Positions 10,361 through 20,342 of a DNA stretch of 64,000 nucleotides are shown one piece after another. The DNA is from Candidatus Bathyarchaeota archaeon (GTDB lineage: Archaea > Thermoproteota > Bathyarchaeia > 40CM-2-53-6): NCBI GenBank assembly GCA_963706285.1, contig CAVPLU010000004.1, positions 192,001-256,000 on the forward strand. The letters are read 5' to 3'. Numbering within the stretch: the stretch's first letter is position 1; each line of letters begins with the position of its first letter. The notes beneath the pieces were generated by a model. The model had not been told where the DNA came from. It worked only from the letters and a program-made list of their open reading frames with translations, and did no database searches. The position numbers were made by a program, and so were the translations under genes.

Positions 10361-11779
10361 TCAATCTCCAAGTCGGAATTCTTCGTGAAGGGCGTGCACT
10401 GCCTTCAGAACGTCATCTTCTCGAACCACAAAGGAAATGTTCAGCTCCGACGATCCTTGAGCGATCATCTTTACGTTCACCCCTTTGTCTGCCACGGCTC
10501 GAAATAGTCTTGCAGCGATGCCTGGCGCGCCCCTCATGCCCGCCCCGACAGCTGCTACAATGCTGACTTCGGCGTCGGAAGTGATCTCCTTGAACATACT
10601 CTCCTTGAGCAATGATTCTCTCAGCGCGGTGATTGCCGTTTCAAGGTCTGAGCGTGCCACTATCAGCGATATGCTTGCTTCAGATGAGCTCTGAGAGATC
10701 ATGAGGACATTTACGCCATTCTTTCCCAGAGCATCCAAGACTTTTGCGGCGGTTCCCGGTTCGCCGTGCATTCCTTCACCGCTAACCGTAACCATTGAAG
10801 CCTGTTTGACGGAAGTCACGGCCTTGACTATGTGGACATGCTTTATGCGCTGGTCCTGAAGGATCAAAGTGTCAGGGCCGTTCGGATTGAATGTGTTCTT
10901 GACTCGAACCGGCAATCCGATCTTTGCGGCTGGCTCCAAGGCTCTTGGGTGCATGGATTTCGCTCCGAAGTGAGACATCTCCATGGCTTCCATGAAAGAG
11001 ATCTCTCTAATGGTCCGTGCAGCGGGTTCGATCTTTGGGTCCGCCGTCATTATTCCGTCTACATCTGTCCATATCCACACTTCGTCTGCTCCCAATGATG
11101 CACCAATCAGCGTCGCCGTGTAGTCGGACCCTCCTCTTCCAAGAGTTGTTGGGACTCCGTCCTGCGTGACTGCGATGTACCCTGTGACGACCGGAATCTT
11201 TCGATCCTTGAGGACGGTACCAAGCTTGTCCTTTAGCTTCTGTTGTGTGACGTGCATCAATGGTGTTGCTTCGCCGAAGGAGGCGTCAGTCACTATTCCC
11301 GCCTCTTCGCCTGTGAGGCGTTCTGTCTCTACTCCGGAATCATGAAGGGCTGCCGCCAGAACAAGCGTTGAGAGTCTCTCGCCGAACGAGAGCACATAGT
11401 CTTGTGACCTAGGCGTCAACTCGCCCAGATAGCTGATTCCTGTAAGGGCTTTTCGAAGCTCCCCTAGCTCCAGGTCGAGCCGCGCCATCGTTCGTTTGAA
11501 CTCGTCTGTCTTTGTGATGACTTGCTTGCATACATTCTCGTGTCTTGCGCGAAGCTGCTCAGTGACTTCGGCTACATGTTGCTCATCTCGCTGGCTGGCG
11601 CGGGTCGCAGCTTGGATTAGACTGTTTGTGACGCCGTTCATTGCTGATGCAACCACCACAATGTCGTTTGTCCTTGCGTAGTCAGTGATTAGGGCGACAA
11701 CATTTCTTAGCGCTTCGACTCCTCCGATGGAGCTTCCTCCAAACTTCATTACGATCAGCAATCGAAAACGCGGCTCCAT
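10361..11779 (-). CDS. lysC: Aspartate kinase with two ACT domains
   Basis: MKFGGSS, TTLGRGGSDYTA, WTDVDGIMTADP, QGSSELNISFVV. Confidence 0.95.
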   Translation of the reverse strand: MEPRFRLLIVMKFGGSSIGGVEALRNVVALITDYARTNDIVVVASAMNGVTNSLIQAATRASQRDEQHVAEVTEQLRARHENVCKQVITKTDEFKRTMARLDLELGELRKALTGISYLGELTPRSQDYVLSFGERLSTLVLAAALHDSGVETERLTGEEAGIVTDASFGEATPLMHVTQQKLKDKLGTVLKDRKIPVVTGYIAVTQDGVPTTLGRGGSDYTATLIGASLGADEVWIWTDVDGIMTADPKIEPAARTIREISFMEAMEMSHFGAKSMHPRALEPAAKIGLPVRVKNTFNPNGPDTLILQDQRIKHVHIVKAVTSVKQASMVTVSGEGMHGEPGTAAKVLDALGKNGVNVLMISQSSSEASISLIVARSDLETAITALRESLLKESMFKEITSDAEVSIVAAVGAGMRGAPGIAARLFRAVADKGVNVKMIAQGSSELNISFVVREDDVLKAVHALHEEFRLGD

Positions 11780-11783
11780 AGTG

Positions 11784-12876
11784 TCATTGAGATGGTATGT
11801 AGCCGGCCTTCACTAGGTGCTCCGTGACCAGGACTGCGCCTTTGGCAGCGCCTAGTCTAGTGTTGTGGCTGACCAAGACGTACTTGACTCCATGTTCTCG
11901 GATTTGGTCTTGCCGGATTCGACCAACACTTACTGCCATCCCATCGTATAGGTCGCGGTCCATTCTTGGTTGTGGTCTGAAAGGATCATCCTTTACTACC
12001 AACAGCTCCTTCGGAGCTGAAGGCAGATCGAGAGTGTGCTTTCCGAATTTTCTCATTGAATCTGCGACTTCACTGGGGTCGCATCGTTTTCGAGTTGAAA
12101 CGTAGACTGCTTCAGTGTGGCCTTCGAGTACGTTGACTCTTGTGCAGGTGCAGCTAACTTTGAAATCCGCTGGCGAGACATGCCCGTTCGCTTCGTCGCC
12201 CAGAATTTTCTGGGTCTCTTTCTGCACTTTCTCTTCCTCGCCTGGGATGAACGGAATCACGTTGTCTGTAACATCAAGTGAGAGAACGCCCGGGGATCTG
12301 CCCGCGCCTGATACGGCTTGCATGGATGTCATCGTGACATTTTCTATTCCAAAGTCGACGTGTATCGGTTTCAGCGAGACTACCAGGCCCATCGTTGTGC
12401 AGTTCGGAATGGGAGTGATGAATCCGTTCCACTGGCGTTTCTTCCTCTGCGTGTGAATGAGTTGGGCGTGCTCAAAGTTGATTCCTGGCACAAGGATGGG
12501 GACATCATCATCGTATCGGAACGCAGAGGCGGTGCTAATAACCGGCTTAGTTCTTGCGTATTTGGGTTCGAGCGTGCGTGCAATATCGGAATCCAAAGCT
12601 GTGAAGACAACATCAATTCCAGAGAGATCCAAAGTAGACGCATCTTGCATGGGCATACGGAGAGTTGAGTCTGGGCTGTCGTCGCTGCAGTACCAGCGTA
12701 GCGCTCCCGTCGCTCGGATCCCGAAGCGCTTCCTCGTAGGTTTTGCCCGCGGATCTCTCGGAAGCTGCGAGACATGAGATTCTGAACCATGGGTGCCGGT
12801 CCAGAGCTGCTACGAATTGCTGGCCGACTATACCTGTAGCACCTACTATTGCCACGTTGAGCATTGGTTTGTTCAT
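11784..12876 (-). CDS. asd: Aspartate-semialdehyde dehydrogenase (one frameshift near 12650-12700)
   Basis: ORF 12613-12876 has VGATGIVGQ; ORF 11784-12656 has [20 protein letters not shown]. Confidence 0.93.
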
Positions 12877-13067
12877 TATCTGTGCCTCAGCGTAAGTGGA
12901 GCACCTATCCCGTCATGAAGATGTTATCAAAGTTTGAGGTTCGAGCATCAGGGTATCTCCGAGAACTTGAATTCTGGCTGCTTTTCATCATCAACGCCTT
13001 AGCATTCATCGCGATTTGTGATATCTGACGCATGATTGTAGCGAAACATGTTCTGATCCTGAGAGCT

Positions 13068-14111
13068 CTATTCTCCATTCAAGGTTCGATTGAGGGCAAG
13101 CAAGTCACTCAGGAGCGCATATCCGGCTGACTCTGCGCCCGCTCCAGGCCCAACTATTGCAACTTCCGGTTGCATGTCAGTTGACAAGATCATTGCGTTG
13201 AGCACTCCCGATACATGAGACAATAGGTCGCTTTCCTCCAGCCTATCAGGGATCACTTGTGCGCTAATTCGGCGTCCATCCCTCTCCGCTTTGGCAATGA
13301 GTTTGATCCTTTTCCCTTTGGCTCTCGCGTCGTTGATATCCTCGAGTGTGATTCCTGTTATTCCTTGCCTTCTCACTTCTGCGAGCTTGATCCTACCTTT
13401 CATTAGTACATTCGCGAGTATGGTGAGCTTTGCTGCTGAATCCCAAGCTTCTACATCACTGCTTGGATCAGCTTCCGCGTAGCCCTTATTCTGGGTCATT
13501 CTCAAAGCCTCCGCGTACGGCTTACCGGCTGCCATCTCGTCGAGTACGTAGTTCGTGGTTCCGTTCAAAATGCCTCGGATCGAATTTATTGTTGAACCAG
13601 CTAGGGCTTCCGTTGCTAAGCTTATCGCAGGAGTTCCGCTCAGAACAGTGCCCTCAAATTTGAGATTGCATTCATTTCGACGCGCTAAGGCAGCGAGTTC
13701 GTGATAAGCTAACGCGATGGGGCCTTTGTTCGTAGTCACCACGTGGAGGCCTTTGCCGAGGGCTTTCCTGATATGACTTAGTCCAGGCTCTCCATCTTTG
13801 AGGTTAGTCCATGTTGCTTCTACCAAGACATTTGCGTTCGTTCTTCCGATCGTCTCAAGAGCTGAAAGGCCCTTGGTTCCTTCCTTGTAGTCTGTTACAG
13901 ACCCCTTCTCTTGCACAGATGAAAGTAGCTTTCCAAGTCGAAGACCACTTTGGTTCATCACGGAGCCTTTGATGGTGTCTGCGACAGCCACGACCTTGTA
14001 GTCGAATCCAAACTGGCGCTTCAAATTTGCCTGTTTCTCCACTAAAGTCTTCGCAAGGCTCTGCGCAACTCTGCCAAAACCCACGAGGGCAATCCGGAAT
14101 TTCATGAACAA
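13068..14111 (-). CDS. hom: Homoserine dehydrogenase
   Basis: GFGRVA, VVTTNKGP, GILNGTTNY, GYAEADPSSDVEAWD, GPGAG. Confidence 0.95.
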   Translation of the reverse strand: MFMKFRIALVGFGRVAQSLAKTLVEKQANLKRQFGFDYKVVAVADTIKGSVMNQSGLRLGKLLSSVQEKGSVTDYKEGTKGLSALETIGRTNANVLVEATWTNLKDGEPGLSHIRKALGKGLHVVTTNKGPIALAYHELAALARRNECNLKFEGTVLSGTPAISLATEALAGSTINSIRGILNGTTNYVLDEMAAGKPYAEALRMTQNKGYAEADPSSDVEAWDSAAKLTILANVLMKGRIKLAEVRRQGITGITLEDINDARAKGKRIKLIAKAERDGRRISAQVIPDRLEESDLLSHVSGVLNAMILSTDMQPEVAIVGPGAGAESAGYALLSDLLALNRTLNGE

Positions 14112-14140
14112 GCCCTCATCCTAATTCATCGCTGGAACGT

Positions 14141-15358
14141 TCAACTTTGCGAAAGCACCGCCATCACCGATTCTCGAGTCGGCTTCACGTTGACCATTCG
14201 CTCTGTAGAAACGCCTATCGCTTCCTGATCCTTCAAGCCATTGCCTGTCGTGATGCAAACAGTCTCCTCGTCAGCGTCAATGAGGCCTCCAGCTGCAAGC
14301 TTTCTAACGCCTGCTATGGCTGAGGCGCTTGCAGGTTCGACGAAGATGCCTTCTTTGGACGCGAGCATTTTTTGGGCATGAAGGATCTCATTGTCATTGA
14401 CGGTTTCAATCAGTCCTTTTGATTCCCTGGCGGCTGCAAGGGCTCTCTTCCAGTTGACGGGCGATCCTATCCTGATGGCAGTGGCGATTGTCTCTGGGTT
14501 TGCAGCTGGTTCGATGTAATCGAGGCCAAGCTTGAACGCTTTCGCAATTGGTGAAGCTCTTTCTGCTTGGATGCCTATTAGACGTGGAAGCCTATCCGCC
14601 AGCCCTAGGGCTCTGAGTTCGAGCAGACCCTTCCAGACCGCAGTAATATTGCCTGCATTCCCGACCGGAAGTACTATGACCTCCGGGAGACGGCGAAGCT
14701 GGTCATTGATCTCAAACACGACTGTCTTCTGCCCCTCGACTCTGAACGGGTTGACCGAGTTCAGGAGATATGGGCTTCCATCTTTCCGAGCTGCGTCGAC
14801 GACGAGGCGCATCGCATCGTCGAAGTTGCCATCAATCTCGATTATCTTTGCACTATGCACAACAGCTTGAGCGAGCTTCCCCGCCGCGATCTTGCCCGAA
14901 GGAATCATGACGAAACATTTCAGACCAGCCCTTGCCGAGTAAGCGGCAAGGGACGCCGAGGTGTTACCCGTTGACGCACACATCGTCGAGTCTGCGCCGA
15001 GTAGGAGTGCTTTCGTCACGCCGATAGTCATACCTCTATCTTTGAACGAGCCGGTTGGATTCTCGCCCTCGTTCTTGACATGAAGCCGTTTCACCCCTAG
15101 AGTGCTCGCGAGACGTCGGCATTCGTGAAGTCCAGTGCCGCCTTCTCCAAGCGAAATGATATCGGCGCTTACGTCGATTGGTAAGACCTCGCGGTATCGC
15201 CATACACCGAGTTCTCTAGCGCTCCAGCCCCTAATGTCCAGATCTGCCATGTCGACAAGCTTGATCTCAAGCAGGCCACCGCATTTCCCGCATACGTATG
15301 CGCGTTCGTTCAGATTATGTAAGGTTCCACATTCAATGCATTCCATTGTGTGCTCCAT
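14141..15358 (-). CDS. thrC: Threonine synthase
   Basis: N-terminal zinc ribbon, NPTGSFKDRG PLP lysine motif, ASTGNTS, PVGNAGN, TGNGLKD. Confidence 0.95.
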   Translation of the reverse strand: MEHTMECIECGTLHNLNERAYVCGKCGGLLEIKLVDMADLDIRGWSARELGVWRYREVLPIDVSADIISLGEGGTGLHECRRLASTLGVKRLHVKNEGENPTGSFKDRGMTIGVTKALLLGADSTMCASTGNTSASLAAYSARAGLKCFVMIPSGKIAAGKLAQAVVHSAKIIEIDGNFDDAMRLVVDAARKDGSPYLLNSVNPFRVEGQKTVVFEINDQLRRLPEVIVLPVGNAGNITAVWKGLLELRALGLADRLPRLIGIQAERASPIAKAFKLGLDYIEPAANPETIATAIRIGSPVNWKRALAAARESKGLIETVNDNEILHAQKMLASKEGIFVEPASASAIAGVRKLAAGGLIDADEETVCITTGNGLKDQEAIGVSTERMVNVKPTRESVMAVLSQS

Positions 15359-15501
15359 TCGCCATTTACTCCTTGTCGCTTGAGACCGACACGGAAGGCA
15401 TCGATGTCGTCCAACATGAACTGTCGTTGGCGCGAGAACTCGAAAGGGCAGTTGAGTTTTGATTAGAGCACATTTTCAGTCACAATCCAATTCATCAGGA
15501 C

Positions 15502-15555
15502 GCCGATCAGCGAGAAGGTAACTCCGAGGATTTCAGGAGCACCGTGCTGTTCGGC
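15502..15555 (-). promoter_or_regulatory. 54-nt imperfect hairpin immediately after the leader ORF stop codon
   Basis: On the minus strand GCCGAACAGC pairs with GCTGATCGGC (9/10) and inner GGT-GCTCC pairs with GGAGT-T-ACC. Confidence 0.55.
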
Positions 15556-15624
15556 TCAGCTAGTGCTATGCGTTGTCACTTCAGATGTGACTGTTGTCGA
15601 CGTGCTGGGAGTAGGAGTGGGCAA
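15556..15624 (-). CDS. Candidate Thr-rich leader peptide of the threonine genes (22 aa, MPTPTPSTSTTVTSEVTTHSTS)
   Basis: 9 Thr codons in 22; TTG start 5 nt after GAGGTG SD; TATA-like TTTTATTA upstream; same strand as thrC and about 200 nt upstream of it. Confidence 0.6.
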   Translation of the reverse strand: MPTPTPSTSTTVTSEVTTHSTS

Positions 15625-15629
15625 CGCTG

Positions 15630-15668
15630 CACCTCGGCCGTCCAGTTGTCGATCAACACGTAATAAAA
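15630..15668 (-). promoter_or_regulatory. TATA box and SD driving the leader ORF / thr cluster
   Basis: TTTTATTA at 15668-15661 and GAGGTG at 15635-15630; spacing puts the expected TSS near 15636-15640. Confidence 0.55.
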
Positions 15669-15773
15669 CTTGCCCAGGGGGTCGACGCATTTCAAAATCA
15701 GCTGACGAATGCAAATCGCGAGCGAGCTGGCCGCCGAATAATCCTCTGAAACGGGATCTTTGGATCTATGTTC

Positions 15774-17351
15774 CTATGTGGAGGGTTGTGCACGTGCGTC
15801 ACTAGCGCTGTCCGCTTCTTCCACGCTCCAAGCTCTCTCGATGCCCTTACGGCGATAGATGAGCAGTTTCACGCGGTTCATCACGTACGCAAGGAAGACA
15901 TGTTCCTGATGGTAGGTTCTATCGAGGATTGCCTCTTCGGATAAGAACGCTGTCTTCAATTCGTCCAGCTCTCTCTTGGGCGAGAAGAAGGCATATACTG
16001 GAACTCCAACCGCCAACAAGACTAGCGAGACTAGGATCTGCTGCTCAGCAACTTGCGTCATCAACACAAGCGAGAAGATGACTGTGAGCGTTGGGACTAG
16101 TAGTTTCGCTGTTTTCTTCTCGCTCAGTTTTGGATGTTTTTTCTCCAACAAGTATGTGGAGATGCCTGTTGCGAGATACGCGAACGATAGAAGGAAGACG
16201 GAGCTGTTGATCAGTGTCGATAGTGTGCCAATCACGCTTGCAATGAATGCTGTTGCACACAGAAGAGCCAACCCAATGTAGGGTGTGTGAAAAGAACTGT
16301 GCAACCTGCTGAACAGCCGAGGGAGTAAGCCGTCGGTCGACATTGCAAAAGCCAATCGCGATGTCCCTATTGTTCCTGACTCATCCGCCCCCATTATCGA
16401 GACCAACGCTCCAACACCCACGATTATACTCCCAACCCATGCCAAACTGGGCGATAGACTGAACACATTCGCGCCTGCCACGGTCAATGGAGCTGGTGAA
16501 GACACGAGCGTCGCTTGATCGACAACGCCAACTATCACGAAGTTTGTGACGAGATAGAAGCAAGTGACAATCATCATGCCCACTGCTATGGCTTTTGGAA
16601 TGGTTCGCCTCGGGTTCTGTATTTCGTCAGCGGGCAAAGTGCAAAGCTCGAAACCGGCATAGGCCCAAAAGATCAGCACCAGTGCTTGTCCCACATTTCG
16701 TAGGTCGCCCTTGAAAAAAGGTTGGAAGTTGGAGAATGCAAGCTCGTGACGTAATCCCATGAACAATAATCCTGAGACCATCAAGAGGAGGAGTGGGCCG
16801 AGTTTCCCCAGTGTCAAGATGTCATTGAATTTGCCCGCCGACTTAACCCCGACTACGTTCGTTATGAAAATAATTGCGATGAATAGTCCTTTCAACAAAA
16901 TCTGAGAAAACGTATCCAAGTTTGGAATGAATGCCAGAAAGTACTGAGTGAAGGCTACGGGGAAGACAGCTAGGGAGAACCACTCAGCAAGCAGAAGCGC
17001 CCAACCAACGAGGAATCCAGGGAACGGACCGCCCACATTCTTTGCATACGCGTACGGTCCGCCAACCCTTGGCAAAATAGTGGCACAGTAAGAGAAAGAG
17101 AGAGCGATTACAATCGCCATGACGCCTGCAATTACCCAAAGCACAAGCGACGCCGGGCCGACGAGTCTCGCGCCGAGCGCTGCTGCCACATATATGTCAG
17201 CTCCAATGATGGAGCCAACCACGAGATTCGTAACGTCAAAGGTATTCAGCCGTCGTGTTAGATTGATTTTGCCACTCAAACCATTCCACTCGGCGCCGGC
17301 AAGTGAACCAAGTAAGTATCGATGTGCCGCTACTAAAGTATCAGATTCCAC
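15774..17351 (-). CDS. APC family amino acid permease
   Basis: About 12 TM helices, VVGSIIGADIY, GGPYAY, FWAYAGFE, EIQNPRRTIP. True start may be slightly downstream. Confidence 0.9.
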   Translation of the reverse strand: MESDTLVAAHRYLLGSLAGAEWNGLSGKINLTRRLNTFDVTNLVVGSIIGADIYVAAALGARLVGPASLVLWVIAGVMAIVIALSFSYCATILPRVGGPYAYAKNVGGPFPGFLVGWALLLAEWFSLAVFPVAFTQYFLAFIPNLDTFSQILLKGLFIAIIFITNVVGVKSAGKFNDILTLGKLGPLLLLMVSGLLFMGLRHELAFSNFQPFFKGDLRNVGQALVLIFWAYAGFELCTLPADEIQNPRRTIPKAIAVGMMIVTCFYLVTNFVIVGVVDQATLVSSPAPLTVAGANVFSLSPSLAWVGSIIVGVGALVSIMGADESGTIGTSRLAFAMSTDGLLPRLFSRLHSSFHTPYIGLALLCATAFIASVIGTLSTLINSSVFLLSFAYLATGISTYLLEKKHPKLSEKKTAKLLVPTLTVIFSLVLMTQVAEQQILVSLVLLAVGVPVYAFFSPKRELDELKTAFLSEEAILDRTYHQEHVFLAYVMNRVKLLIYRRKGIERAWSVEEADSASDARAQPST

Positions 17352-17488
17352 TGTGTAATAATCTACAAAGCACAGGCATGGTGGGCCACGAATGTATTTG
17401 TACTTGTTACGTCAGGATACAGTCATTCAGAATGATGTACTATGAACTCTCGACCGATGAACCAGCACCAATCCGGTGAGCATCACGC

Positions 17489-18274
17489 ATGAGATCAAAG
17501 CTGCGAGCCGAGATCAAGCCTGAACGCCCTTGCATGGTTACGGGATTGCCTGGAGCCGCGGGCGTCGCGAAACTATCAGCTGACTACCTCGTCAAACAAC
17601 TTGGCGGGGAGCTATTCGAGGAATTGTATTCGGACGCTTTTCCACCACATGTTCTCATAAGGAAAGACGGAACCGTCGAACTCCTGAGGAACGAACTCTA
17701 CTACTGCAAGAACGCCAAGTCCAAGAATGATCTCATAGTCTTCACCGGCAACACGCAAGCCGTCTCCTCCGAAGGCCAGTACGAAGTCGCCAACGAAACC
17801 ATATCCCGCGCGAAGAAGCTTGGCGTTGTGAAGCTGTTCGCGACCGCCGCCTATGTTGTTGAGAAGCCAGTAGAGACACCAACAGTTCACGGAGCGGCCA
17901 GTGACACTGGTCTGATTGAAGAATTGAAACAGTTCGGCGTGGTTCCGATGGATACTGGCAGCATCACGGGAACAAATGGGTTGCTGTTTGGACTTGCAAG
18001 TCTTCAGAACATTCCAAGCGTATGTCTGCTCAGTGAGACTCCTGCTTACACAACGCCGACCGGGCGTTTTGTGGTCGACGCAAAGGCCACGAAGGCGTTG
18101 CTGGAGGTGTTGACGAAGATGCTAGGCATCGATGTGGACATGAAACCTTTGGACGATGAGGCGAAGCTGAGCGAGGAGTTCATCCGACGAATGGAAGAGA
18201 TCGAACAACGGACAATTGACGAAGTCCGCAAAGCTGCGGCGTCACGAGCACCCAAGGAGCAAATGTACACCTAA
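17489..18274 (+). CDS. PAC2 family proteasome assembly chaperone with C-terminal HbYX motif
   Basis: GLPGAAGVAKLSADYL, GSITGTNGLLFG, CLLSET, DAKATKALL; ends M-Y-T. Confidence 0.88.
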   Translation: MRSKLRAEIKPERPCMVTGLPGAAGVAKLSADYLVKQLGGELFEELYSDAFPPHVLIRKDGTVELLRNELYYCKNAKSKNDLIVFTGNTQAVSSEGQYEVANETISRAKKLGVVKLFATAAYVVEKPVETPTVHGAASDTGLIEELKQFGVVPMDTGSITGTNGLLFGLASLQNIPSVCLLSETPAYTTPTGRFVVDAKATKALLEVLTKMLGIDVDMKPLDDEAKLSEEFIRRMEEIEQRTIDEVRKAAASRAPKEQMYT

Positions 18275-18311
18275 CGGATGCTGCGATGACGTGTGCCTGG
18301 AGGAATCTAGA

Positions 18312-19007
18312 ATGACTGAGCTCGTTGGAATAGTTGCGTCACGGGGTATGCGGTCAATTGGAATAGTCGCAATCGATTATCTGATCAAGAAGCTCCAACC
18401 GAAGCTGATTGATGAGCTATACTCTACACATTTTCCGCTAATCCATGAGACGCAGCCCTCCTACGCTGCGCATCCAGACTACTCGGGCACACCAGGCATC
18501 TGGCTACAGAAGATCGGCGCAGCACTTCCAAGGATCGAATTCTATCTTTCCGACTCGCCTCGGCTTCTGCTGACAAGGGGGTATCATGCGAACTTTCAGG
18601 GACAGTACGAGGTCGCTGAGCAGGTCTTGGATATCTATGAGAAGCACAGCGTGAAACGACTATTCGTGTTGGCTGGATACGGGGTGGGCGAGGGCGAAGT
18701 TTGCTGCGCCGCAACCGACCCTGAACTCATAGAAGAGCTCAAGAAACATGACATCGGAACAGGCTACGAGGGGCCATTCATGGGCTTCTCAGGTCTTGTT
18801 CTCGGTCTTGCGAAGCTCCGAGCCATACAGGGAGTATGCCTGTTCGGTAGAAGCCAGCCGAGCGTCGAGGATCCCGAATATCCAGACCCCAGGGCTGCGA
18901 AGAAAGTCTTGGAAACGCTCAGTCGAATTCTTGATCTCAACATTGACCTTTCAGGATTCGATGAAACCAAAGCAAGCCAACCCGAGTCGGCCGTGATTGG
19001 CTCGTAA
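18312..19007 (+). CDS. Second PAC2 family protein (no HbYX)
   Basis: Probable start ATG 18312; GMRSIGIVAIDYLI, GQYEVAE, GFSGLVLG, PDPRAAKKVL; ends AVIGS. Confidence 0.85.
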   Translation: MTELVGIVASRGMRSIGIVAIDYLIKKLQPKLIDELYSTHFPLIHETQPSYAAHPDYSGTPGIWLQKIGAALPRIEFYLSDSPRLLLTRGYHANFQGQYEVAEQVLDIYEKHSVKRLFVLAGYGVGEGEVCCAATDPELIEELKKHDIGTGYEGPFMGFSGLVLGLAKLRAIQGVCLFGRSQPSVEDPEYPDPRAAKKVLETLSRILDLNIDLSGFDETKASQPESAVIGS

Positions 19008-19108
19008 CTCGATGGAAAAAGTTCGGCTTCAACCTAGTTTGAAGCCGATTGTTCGCATGACGTTCATGTCGAGGGGGCCTTGTATCGAGTCTGGGTCGTC
19101 TCATACCC

Positions 19109-19432
19109 TCAGCCTGGCGGCGAGGTTTTGGCGAGTCTGACATAGTTCAATCTGAGATCGGCCACAAGCCCTTCCAGTCGTCGTTTCTCATCCTCAGGTA
19201 GGTGAGGTTGAAGCTTTTCCGCTAGAAAACCGGTGGTGTCAATTGCGACGCGAGCCTGGTCGAAGTCTGCCTGGACCTTGTCAGTTCCAGGTTTTGCTCT
19301 GAGACCCATAGTCTGCCACGCCTTCTCGGCGAGTATCCCGAGAAAAAGGCCAAGCAGCGAGTACGTGTCGAGCGATCCAATATCCATCATCTCCGGCGGT
19401 CGGTTCTTTGCATCATGATTTTCTTCACTCAT
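19109..19432 (-). CDS. DUF1844-like protein
   Basis: AWQTMGL..PGT....DFDQARVAID...L...EKRRLEGLVADLRLNYV pattern recalled for DUF1844. Confidence 0.75.
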   Translation of the reverse strand: MSEENHDAKNRPPEMMDIGSLDTYSLLGLFLGILAEKAWQTMGLRAKPGTDKVQADFDQARVAIDTTGFLAEKLQPHLPEDEKRRLEGLVADLRLNYVRLAKTSPPG

Positions 19433-19637
19433 CGGCAGACACTCACAGTGGGTAACTGCTCAGTTATCGAACAGAAATCTAGAGTTCTGATGGATTAACG
19501 TTTTCGGCCAAGTCCCTTCTGAGAATAGGGCAAATCTGGCGCTCGTCTTCTGCCGTTGGTACTGCAAGCCGAATCTGTGATATTCAGCAAAATCAATATG
19601 CTAGTCACGACCTCGGCAAGAAATGAGTTGACACGCT

Positions 19638-20342
19638 ATGAGCGCCCCAGATGACTACATTCTCGAAGTCTCGGGCCTAAGCGTGAAGGCTCAGGATCAG
19701 ACTATTCTTGACGACATCAGTTTCAAGGTCAAGCGAGGCACGACTCTGGCAATTGTGGGACCAAACGGCGCAGGCAAGACAATGCTCTTCAGGGCACTGC
19801 TAAAGCTCGTGCCCTATACTGGCGAGATCAAATGGGCACAGGGCGTGAGGATAGGCTATGTACCCCAGAAACTCTCTGTAACTGACATACCGATTTCCGT
19901 CAGAGAATTCCTATCATTCAGAAGATCTTCCGGCATCGAGAAATCCCTTCAAAGCGTCGGCCTGGATCCCAAGACTGTCTCAGACAAAGCGTTGGGAGTT
20001 TTGTCGGGTGGCCAACTGCAGAGAGTACTCATTGCATGGGCTGTGATTGACGAGCCAAACGTTCTCCTGTTCGACGAGCCAACCACTGGTGTTGACTTGG
20101 ACAGTGAAGAGGCCGTCTACGAGATGCTGAACACGCTGGAACATGAGCATGGAATCACGGTGCTTCTCATATCCCACGACGCGCACGTGATCAGAGACTA
20201 CTCAGAACACATGCTAGCCTTAAACAGGAAGGTAATCTGTTACGATGAATCAGACGAGATAACTAAGCCTTCAGTTCTCCACGCGATCTACGGTCCCGGG
20301 ACGTCGTTGAAGCGACGCAAAGAAAGGAAGCGGCCACAGTGA
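19638..20342 (+). CDS. znuC: Zn/Mn ABC transporter ATP-binding protein
   Basis: GPNGAGKT, IGYVPQK, LSGGQLQR, DEPTTGVD, SHD. Confidence 0.88.
   Translation: MSAPDDYILEVSGLSVKAQDQTILDDISFKVKRGTTLAIVGPNGAGKTMLFRALLKLVPYTGEIKWAQGVRIGYVPQKLSVTDIPISVREFLSFRRSSGIEKSLQSVGLDPKTVSDKALGVLSGGQLQRVLIAWAVIDEPNVLLFDEPTTGVDLDSEEAVYEMLNTLEHEHGITVLLISHDAHVIRDYSEHMLALNRKVICYDESDEITKPSVLHAIYGPGTSLKRRKERKRPQ

Noticed and set aside
15625-15690. Longer 44-aa version of the leader ORF from ATG 15690
   Set aside because: It would span the TATA box and has no SD; TTG 15624 fits the promoter and SD spacing.
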